24,000 nt of DNA from an uncultured Candidatus Saccharibacteria bacterium (GTDB lineage: Bacteria > Patescibacteriota > SICC01): assembly GCA_964476895.1 (NCBI GenBank), contig CAYZCS010000007.1:1-24000 (forward strand). Reading direction: 5' to 3'. This document shows, piece after piece, positions 7,643-14,161 of the stretch (position 1 is its first letter; each line of letters opens with the position of its first letter). The position numbers were made by a program, and so were the translations under genes. The notes beneath the pieces are model-generated. The model worked only from the letters and a program-made list of their open reading frames with translations, searched no databases and was not told the origin of the DNA.

Positions 7643-8748
7643 GCCCCGTGCCGGACGTGGATGACGTCGCCGTCCTGCACGATATAGTGCTTGCCTTCGG
7701 CGCGGAGCTTGCCGGTATCGCGCGCGGCTGATTCGCTCCCGGCGGCGATGAAGTCGTCGTAGGCGATGACCTCGGCACGGATGAACTTGGCCTCGAAGTC
7801 ACCGTGGATGGTGCCGGCGGCCCGCGGGGCGCTGCTGCCGCGGCGGACCGGCCAGGCGCGGACCTCCTTCGGTCCGGCGGTGTAGAAGGTAATCAGGTCG
7901 AGCAGGTCATAGCCGGCGCGGATGAAGCGGTTCAGGTTCGGCTCCGCGATCCCGACCGATTCCAAGAACTCCCCACGTTCTTCCGGCGGGAGCGAACCGA
8001 TCTCCGCCTCGATCTTCGCGGACACCGCGACGATGCCGAATCCCTGCTCCTCGGCCCAGCGCTCGGCCTCCTGGTAGAAGGAGCTGGTCCCCGGCTTGGC
8101 CACGTCGTGTTCCCCGACGTTCGCCACCACCAGCATCGGCTTGGCGGTGATGAAGGGGAGCGGGCCACCCTTTGCCAACGTCTTCCGTTCGTCGCCGTCG
8201 AAGGTCACGCTGTGCGCCGGTTTCTCGGCGTCGAACGCCGCACCGATCCGCTTGAGCAGCTTCAAGCGCTCGGCGGTATCGGGATTGCCCTTGGCCTCCT
8301 TCTCCAGCGGCCCGATCAGCTTCTCGTACGTCTGCTGGTCGGCGAGGATCAGCTCGAGCAGGACGGTGCGCAGGTCGTCCACCGGACCGAGCCGTCCCGC
8401 CACGTGGGTGACCTGCGGGTCCTCGAAGCAGCGGGCCACCAGCGCGATCGCGCTGGTCTCGCGGATGTGGGCCAGGAACTTGTTGCCGAGGCCCTCGCCC
8501 TTGCTCGCACCGCCGACCAGTCCCGCGATGTCGGTGAACGTCACGGTGGCCGGAACGACCTTTTCCGGCTCCACCAGTTCGGCAAGCTTCGCGAGCCGCG
8601 GATCGGGGACGTCAACCACACCCTCGTTCGGCTCGATCGTGGTGAACGGCCGGTTGGCGCTCTCGGCCTGTGCCCGTTCGAGCAGGGCGTTAAAGAGCGT
8701 GGACTTGCCGACGTTCGGAAGCCCGACGATACCGATGGAGAGGGACAT
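7639..8748 (-). CDS. ychF: Redox-regulated ATPase YchF (Obg-family GTPase/ATPase)
   Basis: GIVGLPNVGKSTLFNALL P-loop, full YchF-length architecture and a TGS-like C-terminus. Confidence 0.95.
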   Translation of the reverse strand: MSLSIGIVGLPNVGKSTLFNALLERAQAESANRPFTTIEPNEGVVDVPDPRLAKLAELVEPEKVVPATVTFTDIAGLVGGASKGEGLGNKFLAHIRETSAIALVARCFEDPQVTHVAGRLGPVDDLRTVLLELILADQQTYEKLIGPLEKEAKGNPDTAERLKLLKRIGAAFDAEKPAHSVTFDGDERKTLAKGGPLPFITAKPMLVVANVGEHDVAKPGTSSFYQEAERWAEEQGFGIVAVSAKIEAEIGSLPPEERGEFLESVGIAEPNLNRFIRAGYDLLDLITFYTAGPKEVRAWPVRRGSSAPRAAGTIHGDFEAKFIRAEVIAYDDFIAAGSESAARDTGKLRAEGKHYIVQDGDVIHVRHGA

Positions 8749-8908
8749 GCATTCAGTGTACGTGATGGTTGACTTTTCGCATGGTTAATAGGAATATACC
8801 TAGTCGCACTTTTCCATACAGGGAGGTTCCCGGCGACAAGGCAATCGGAATGCTTTGTCCCCGGGAATCTCACAGGGAGAGCTCCGTGGAGAAAAAGGAG
8901 AAGATCGC

Positions 8909-9901
8909 ATGCGCCACGAGTATGGGTACAGACGGATTTCGACCAGACGGGTCATCGGTTGGATCGGTCTGGGTATCGGGCTGATCCTGTTGATCCTCCT
9001 GCTGTTCGCGTGGCCGTTTAAGAAGGCGCCCGCCGATCAGTGGGCGGTCAGCTACGGCGGCGGCCCGTTCGAGAGCCAGCACTACCAGGGCACGTTCGAG
9101 CCCGGCTCAAACCTCCGGTTCAACGGGTGGTTCGACAAGTGGTTCGAGTATCCGGCGACGCTTCGTTCCTACATCGTCTCGAAGCAAGGCGGTGAGGGCG
9201 ATGTGCCGGGCAGCGACTCGATCCGCGCCACCACCAAGGACCAGGTGGAGGTGGAGTTCGAGATCACCACGAACTTCAAGCTCAACACCAACCTGCTCCG
9301 GAAGTTCCATGAGCAGTTGGGGCTGAAGTTCGAGGCCTGGGAGGACGATGGCTGGAACAAGATGCTTCGGGACTCGTTCCGGCAGCAGCTTGAGAACAGC
9401 CTGCAGTCCATCGTGCGCGAGTTCGACGTCGCCGAGGTCTGGGCCAGTGAGCGAGCGCTCGAGGAGATCCAGGATCGGCTCGGAGTCGAGCTCAATGAGA
9501 AGATCACGTCGCAGCTCGGGGACGAGTACTTCTGCGGACCGACTTTCCAGCACGGGCGAGCGGTCCAGGTACCGGTCAAGGAGCAGGTCGACGGCGAGAT
9601 CGTCACAAGGATGGAGCGAACGGATTGTCCGCCGCTCCAAGTAAAGATCAAGCGTCCGACCATCCCGCAGAAGGTGAAGCGTGCCTTCGAGGCTAACCGG
9701 ACCTCCGAGATCCTGGTGGTTACCAAGGAGAACGAGATCGAGCAGCGCCGGAAGGAGCGGGAGTCGATCAAGCAGCTCCGGAACGTGCTCTCACCGCAGT
9801 ACGTACTCCTCAGGGCCATCGAGGAGGGCAAGATCGACTTCTGGGTTCTGCCCGGGAATAACGGTCTCAACCTCCAGACCCCGACGAGAGCGGCTCCATA
9901 G
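8909..9901 (+). CDS. Membrane-anchored SPFH (band 7 / prohibitin-like) domain protein
   Basis: N-terminal TM helix followed by an SPFH-like pattern (..IRATTKDQVEVEFEITTNFKL..). The ATG at 8909 is preceded by an AAGGAG Shine-Dalgarno. The family call is by eye only. Confidence 0.55.
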   Translation: MRHEYGYRRISTRRVIGWIGLGIGLILLILLLFAWPFKKAPADQWAVSYGGGPFESQHYQGTFEPGSNLRFNGWFDKWFEYPATLRSYIVSKQGGEGDVPGSDSIRATTKDQVEVEFEITTNFKLNTNLLRKFHEQLGLKFEAWEDDGWNKMLRDSFRQQLENSLQSIVREFDVAEVWASERALEEIQDRLGVELNEKITSQLGDEYFCGPTFQHGRAVQVPVKEQVDGEIVTRMERTDCPPLQVKIKRPTIPQKVKRAFEANRTSEILVVTKENEIEQRRKERESIKQLRNVLSPQYVLLRAIEEGKIDFWVLPGNNGLNLQTPTRAAP

Positions 9902-10021
9902 CTGAGCGACACTACGGCCCCATAGTCTGGCCTCTCACGAGGTGGCCTGAAACAACAGACGCCAGGGGGATTCCGGCAGGTTAATGCGAGATATCATATC
10001 TCCATTGCCTGCCGCCCCCGA

Positions 10022-10070
10022 CCCTCTCGCATAGCGACTGATGAGACCCGGGAAGTTCGGGTCGAAAGGG
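10022..10070 (+). ncRNA. Hammerhead ribozyme-like element, copy 1 (stems I and II capped, stem III open, i.e. type III topology)
   Basis: CCCUC / UCGC-AUA-GCGA (stem I) / CUGAUGA / GACCCG-GGAAGUU-CGGGUC (stem II) / GAAA / GGG. All invariant core positions are present. The predicted cleavage site is after C10026. Confidence 0.7.
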
Positions 10071-10167
10071 AAGCACGAATGCCGCGTTGGTAGAATACGG
10101 CGCTGGTATGATGTACTTGCTCGCCGTACCTTACCGCAAACAGTCAGACCCGTCGGAAGGAATGTAC

Positions 10168-10524
10168 ATGCAACGACTCTACGACAGTGACGTCATCCGT
10201 TCGATGTCGATGTACTGTGAGGATCCGCTGGTGCGGCTCATGACGCTCGCCATGGTACTGATGGGAGTCACGGTCACGGGCATACTGGTCGCCGTGACCC
10301 CCGATGCAAGCGCCTGGGGTATCCTGGCGCTCTACGTCTTCATCGGCATGCTGATCGTCGCGCCGAAGCACCTGTGGATGCTGTTCACCTACTGCGGCAC
10401 GTTGTTCACAGGGATCATGATCGAGCCACAGGGACCGTTTGTCATGGTGCTTCTGGCGCTGCTCTGCTTTGTCCTCGCGGCATTCGCCCGGAAGCGATTG
10501 CCTGATCAGCGGACCGTCACCTGA
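10168..10524 (+). CDS. Hypothetical integral membrane protein (about 4 TM)
   Basis: Hydrophobic ORF. The ATG at 10168 is preceded by GGAAGGA. The ORF track starts it at TTG 10087, so the start is uncertain. Confidence 0.5.
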   Translation: MQRLYDSDVIRSMSMYCEDPLVRLMTLAMVLMGVTVTGILVAVTPDASAWGILALYVFIGMLIVAPKHLWMLFTYCGTLFTGIMIEPQGPFVMVLLALLCFVLAAFARKRLPDQRTVT

Positions 10525-10592
10525 ACGACCGATAACGGACCTCGAACCCGCGCGCAGTGGTCCGTGTGGCTAACCAGCCATGTCGCGGGAGC

Positions 10593-10630
10593 GGCCATCA
10601 TGTACTTTAGTATCTGGTGGCCTTTTCTTT
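10593..10630 (+). terminator. Rho-independent terminator of the 4-TM protein gene
   Basis: Stem GGCCATCA (10593-10600) with TGGTGGCC (10615-10622), including one G-U pair, followed by TTTTCTTT. Confidence 0.65.
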
Positions 10631-10642
10631 ATGGTCCGGATG

Positions 10643-10671
10643 TTGATTATTTAGCTTAACTGTAGTATAAA
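10643..10671 (+). promoter_or_regulatory. Candidate sigma70-type promoter driving hammerhead copy 2 and the metzincin gene
   Basis: TTGATT (10643-10648), a 17-nt spacer, then TATAAA (10666-10671), within an AT-rich patch of an otherwise GC-rich region. Confidence 0.5.
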
Positions 10672-10702
10672 ATCAAGCTACGGAAACACCGTGACACGGT
10701 CG

Positions 10703-10751
10703 CCGTCGCGCATAGCGCCTGATGAGACCCGGGAAGATCGGGTCGAAACGG
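10703..10751 (+). ncRNA. Hammerhead ribozyme-like element, copy 2
   Basis: CCGUC / GCGC-AUA-GCGC / CUGAUGA / GACCCG-GGAAGAU-CGGGUC / GAAA / CGG. The predicted cleavage site is after C10707. It lies about 25 nt downstream of the predicted transcription start. Confidence 0.7.
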
Positions 10752-10759
10752 TATCAACA

Positions 10760-11836
10760 ATGCATAGCGAAGCCAGTCCCAATCACGATTCGCAACCCGA
10801 GTCCACGGTCCTGGACCGCATGCGGTCATCGCGGGTCGTGAAAACCGTCTTGGGTGCCGCGTGTGCGGGCGTGCTCGCGAAATGCAGTGGTCCGTCGGCA
10901 CCACCCGAAATGAACGAAGTCCGCTCACCGCGCGCGGTATTCGAACCGCCCGTTCCGGCTGCTCCCGACCTTCCGTACGTAGCGGAGAGCCGCCCGGTCG
11001 AGTACTACGGCGGCCTGTCAGCGTATCGATCCATGAGGGTCAACAGGATCGGTCGGGAACTGTTCGAAGACGCCAGGATGGCGCGCGGATTCGAGATCGA
11101 ACGGGAGATCGAACAGTGGAACCTGGACCGGATGGGATTTCTACTGGTGCCCGCCGAGCTGCGCGGCCCCCTCGAAGCGTCCGTGGACGCGGAGCTGCGG
11201 ATGGAAGAGTTCTTTCTCAGCAAGGGCCTTCCGCAATATTCCGTGATCGATTACCTGGGCTGGCGGACGAGCGCTGAGATGATCGATGAACCTTTGCCGT
11301 TACCGGAAGTCATGCACGGGCTAAGCCAGCTGGAGCTGGACTATCTGGAAAGCCTGGACCGGGAACGTGAGGCGGCGATGCTCCAGGCGGAGATCATCGC
11401 CGAGGAGATCTACGGACCCACGCCCTTGCCTGCCGATCCGGAAAAGCGGGCTCAGATTCCCACGGTTTCCGTCCGGCTGGAGGGGTCTCCGAAGGTGGAG
11501 CGGGCGGTCAGCGAGGCGCTTGAGCGGTGGCAGGAGCGCGGCTACGACCCTCCGTGCGACGGTGACATCGAGCTCTGGGGCTCCAATCGGCTGTCTCGGC
11601 CGAAAGCGACCGCCCAGGCCCCGTTGTCGCCAAGGTTCGGAGAGCCTTGCTATATCAATTTTCGGGTTGATGAGATTATGCAGAGTTCGGAAGACCATTT
11701 GGCCAACGTTTCCGAGCATGAAATCGGCCACAACTTGGGATTCTGCCACTCGAAACAGGAAGATTCCATCATGTACAGCAAGCGCGAAGAAACAGAAGGA
11801 TGCGAGGTTCCTCACCCGAGTTGGACGGTCGAGTAA
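10760..11836 (+). CDS. Metzincin (matrixin/M10-like) zinc metalloprotease, probably secreted
   Basis: HEIGHNLGFCH matches HExxHxxGxxH, and is followed by an SIMY Met-turn. A signal-peptide-like segment is present (MRSSRVVKTVLGAACAGVLA). The start is ambiguous: ATG 10760 or ATG 10820. GTG 10691 would run through the ribozyme motif. Confidence 0.75.
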   Translation: MHSEASPNHDSQPESTVLDRMRSSRVVKTVLGAACAGVLAKCSGPSAPPEMNEVRSPRAVFEPPVPAAPDLPYVAESRPVEYYGGLSAYRSMRVNRIGRELFEDARMARGFEIEREIEQWNLDRMGFLLVPAELRGPLEASVDAELRMEEFFLSKGLPQYSVIDYLGWRTSAEMIDEPLPLPEVMHGLSQLELDYLESLDREREAAMLQAEIIAEEIYGPTPLPADPEKRAQIPTVSVRLEGSPKVERAVSEALERWQERGYDPPCDGDIELWGSNRLSRPKATAQAPLSPRFGEPCYINFRVDEIMQSSEDHLANVSEHEIGHNLGFCHSKQEDSIMYSKREETEGCEVPHPSWTVE

Positions 11837-11861
11837 GAGGTGGCAATCAGCGGACAGGGAG

Positions 11862-11907
11862 AACGGGCCGGTCTTCATCGAGGTATCGAGGAAGGGTCCG
11901 GCCCGTT
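11862..11907. terminator. Hairpin between convergent genes, possibly a bidirectional terminator
   Basis: Perfect 10-bp stem, AACGGGCCGG (11862-11871) with CCGGCCCGTT (11898-11907). The loop is large and the T-tract is only moderate (TGTAGTTAT). Confidence 0.5.
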
Positions 11908-11911
11908 GTAG

Positions 11912-12193
11912 TTATCGGTCCCGTGGGTCATAACCGTTGTCGTGGTAACGACCGATCGCGCCTCCCAGTGCATGAAAGAAAGGGATGATGTTAAGTACCG
12001 AAACCGCGACGAAAAGACCAATAATGGTGAATCCCAGAATGAACGTCAGCAAGGCGCCGATGTATGTCTCCGGGAAAGCCAGCAGCAGGAGTTCGGCCGC
12101 CGGATAGGTCGCCAGCATGGGCCCGAAGCAGTAGAGACCATTCCGGAGCACCGCACGGTACTCCGGTACGGCGAACAGCGGCAATGAGCGCAT
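11912..12193 (-). CDS. Hypothetical small membrane protein (93 aa, 2-3 TM)
   Basis: ATG preceded by AAAGGAG with 5-nt spacing. Hydrophobic composition. Confidence 0.55.
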   Translation of the reverse strand: MRSLPLFAVPEYRAVLRNGLYCFGPMLATYPAAELLLLAFPETYIGALLTFILGFTIIGLFVAVSVLNIIPFFHALGGAIGRYHDNGYDPRDR

Positions 12194-12262
12194 GAGTGCT
12201 CCTTTGGTCGGGAACGGGACGTGATGTGAATGTGAGCGGCGAACTTATTGTACGCTGAATGC

Positions 12263-12595
12263 ATGGCTTCTTTCGACGACTTCCAGAAGCTCGACATCCG
12301 GGTCGGCGAGATCGTCTCGGCGGAGGAATTCCCGGAGGCGCGAAAGCCCAGCTACAAACTGACGATCGACTTGGGGCCGGGGCCCGGCACCAAGCGGTCG
12401 TGCGCGCAGCTTACGGCAAACTACCCGCGGGAGTCGCTCGCGGGCAAGCGGGTGCTAGCGGTGGTGAACTTCCCGCCGCGGCAGATCGGCCCGGCGGTCT
12501 CGGAGGTACTGACGCTCGGCGTGCCGGACGCGAAGGGCGAGTGCGTCCTGCTCACCCCGGACGCGGACGTGCCGTTGGGTGGGAAAGTGTATTAG
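12263..12595 (+). CDS. csaA: tRNA-binding domain protein (CsaA/YgjH-like)
   Basis: FDDFQKLDIRVGEIV.AE.FPEARKPSYKL.IDLG....RS.AQ...Y....L.G..V..V.NFPPRQIG...SEVL pattern of the EMAP/CsaA OB fold. Confidence 0.8.
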   Translation: MASFDDFQKLDIRVGEIVSAEEFPEARKPSYKLTIDLGPGPGTKRSCAQLTANYPRESLAGKRVLAVVNFPPRQIGPAVSEVLTLGVPDAKGECVLLTPDADVPLGGKVY

Positions 12596-12604
12596 CGGGT
12601 GGGT

Positions 12605-13108
12605 CTAATTAAGCCAGTCTAAGAAACGCTCGACATCCCGTTTTGATTTCAGGTGCACTACTTTTTCCGAATGTTTCGTAAGAAATCTTTGTGTGTTCTT
12701 CAGGCGATCGCCGGCTAGTTGGAACATCGCTTGAAAATGACCGAGGTCGTTCCACCAGTTCAGTTCCGGGTGACGATCTTTCTTGGATATTCTTTTCGCA
12801 TGTCGAATTACACGTCGCCATAGCGGGATATCCAGGAACACGATGATGTCAGCCCGCTCCGCGATCTCGGGTTGCACGCGGCGATACAATCCATCGCTGA
12901 CCCAGATCGGCTTTTTGATGAATTTCGCTACCTCGGCCTCTATCTTTCTTCGGACGCGCTCTTTCTCTTTTTCGCTTTTCGCATTGTGACCGCCCTCCGA
13001 GAACCAAATCCGGTCGATTTCCAGGCGAGGGATCCCGGCATGCCGAGCAATCCGCTTGGCGAGCGTCGTCTTCCCACTCGCGCTAAGGCCGAGGATAGAG
13101 ATCCTCAT
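12605..13108 (-). CDS. P-loop NTPase / adenylate-kinase-like protein (topology modulation FlaR-like)
   Basis: MRISILGLSASGKTTLAKRIA Walker A motif in a protein of about 167 aa. GC content is visibly lower than in the neighbouring genes. ATGA overlap with the recombinase gene. Confidence 0.75.
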   Translation of the reverse strand: MRISILGLSASGKTTLAKRIARHAGIPRLEIDRIWFSEGGHNAKSEKEKERVRRKIEAEVAKFIKKPIWVSDGLYRRVQPEIAERADIIVFLDIPLWRRVIRHAKRISKKDRHPELNWWNDLGHFQAMFQLAGDRLKNTQRFLTKHSEKVVHLKSKRDVERFLDWLN

Positions 13109-14094
13109 GACTTCCCATGAAACTTCTTATGCACCTCCCGCAGCTGCGGGTTGGTGACGTGCGTGTAGACCTGCGTGGTCGTGATCGAGGCGTGGCCGAG
13201 CATCTGCTGCACGCTCCGGATGTCGGCACCGCTGCGGAGCAGGCCCGTCGCGAACGAGTGCCGCAGCGTGTGCGGGGTCACGTCCTTCACCAGGCCCGCC
13301 GCCGTCGTGTACTTCTTCAGGATCCGCTGCACGGACCGCGGCGTGAGCCGGAGGTCCCCGCCGTCAGCTTCGCGGCCTTTCGGCTCGTCTGAACGGGTGA
13401 GGAGCGGCCGCATCGCGGCGCGGCGCTTGCCGAGGTAGGCGGCCAGGTATCCCGCGGCCCGCTCGGAGAGGAAGACGATCCGCGGCTTGTCGCCCTTGCC
13501 GCGCACCATGAACTCGCCGCGTTCGGCGTTCACCTGGTCGGTGTCGAGGGCGCACAGCTCGGACACGCGCAGCCCGGTGGAGTAGAGGAGCTCGAGGATC
13601 GCGCGATCGCGGAGGCTCGTGAACGTGTCCTTGGTACCGGCGGATTCCAGGAGCCGCTCGACTTCCTCGCCGGTCAGGAACTCGACGCTCCGCCGTTCGG
13701 TCTTCCCGAGTTCGATCTTGTCGGCGGAGAGGGTCTTCACGTCCCGCCGCGCCAGGTATTTGAGGAGCGCCCGGATCGCGATCACGTGGTAGTTCTGCGT
13801 GAGCCGCGTAAGTTCGCCGCCGTTCTGGTTCGGCTGGCGGTTCAGCCAGAGCCGGAAGCTCCGGACCGCGTCGATCGTGATGCCCTGCGGCGCGGTCACG
13901 CCGTGCCCCGCGCCCCAGCGCGCGAACCGGCTGAGATAGTGGTCATAATTTCGGAGTGTGAGCCGCGAGAGCTGCCGCTCCACCTCGCAGTATTCGAGGA
14001 ATTGCGTGATGTACTCCGCGAGTTCGGTCTTCGGGCGGGGCGGGGGCTTAACGCCCGGCGCGGGAGTGTGGCCAGATGTCGCTTTTTCTGACAT
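13105..14094 (-). CDS. Tyrosine site-specific recombinase, XerC/XerD type
   Basis: N-terminal SAM-like core-binding domain and C-terminal catalytic motifs (...HTLRHSFATGLLRSGADIRSVQQMLGHASITTTQVYTHV). Confidence 0.9.
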   Translation of the reverse strand: MSEKATSGHTPAPGVKPPPRPKTELAEYITQFLEYCEVERQLSRLTLRNYDHYLSRFARWGAGHGVTAPQGITIDAVRSFRLWLNRQPNQNGGELTRLTQNYHVIAIRALLKYLARRDVKTLSADKIELGKTERRSVEFLTGEEVERLLESAGTKDTFTSLRDRAILELLYSTGLRVSELCALDTDQVNAERGEFMVRGKGDKPRIVFLSERAAGYLAAYLGKRRAAMRPLLTRSDEPKGREADGGDLRLTPRSVQRILKKYTTAAGLVKDVTPHTLRHSFATGLLRSGADIRSVQQMLGHASITTTQVYTHVTNPQLREVHKKFHGKS

Positions 14095-14161
14095 GTCCTA
14101 TATTGTGCGACATTTAGACGGGGAAAGCGAGCAATAATGTTGGGCCGGTAGTATCCAGCGT

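Noticed and set aside
9971-9999. Possible promoter for the hammerhead-1 unit (TTCCGG-N17-TCATAT).
   Set aside because: Both hexamers are poor matches to consensus and overlap the nested hairpin. I cannot support a promoter call. Read-through from the upstream gene is equally possible.
10079-10093. 4-codon mini-ORF (MPRW, stop) right after hammerhead copy 1.
   Set aside because: It is too short to call a gene. It is noted only because its ATG sits at the same offset from the ribozyme as the ATG at 10760 in copy 2.
10691-10759. GTG 10691 as the start of the metzincin ORF, as given in the six-frame track.
   Set aside because: The extension would translate the hammerhead-like element. An almost identical copy at 10022-10070 is clearly noncoding, so conservation is at the RNA level. 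The ATG at 10760 or 10820 (signal peptide) is more plausible. This remains unproven.
13105-14094. Tyrosine recombinase as the integrase of a mobile element or prophage.
   Set aside because: It has a XerC/D-like architecture. There are no flanking direct repeats and no adjacent tRNA target, since tRNA-Val is 12 kb away. No phage, transposase or conjugation genes are visible. A housekeeping Xer is at least as likely. The composition anomaly next to it is kept as a low-interest finding.
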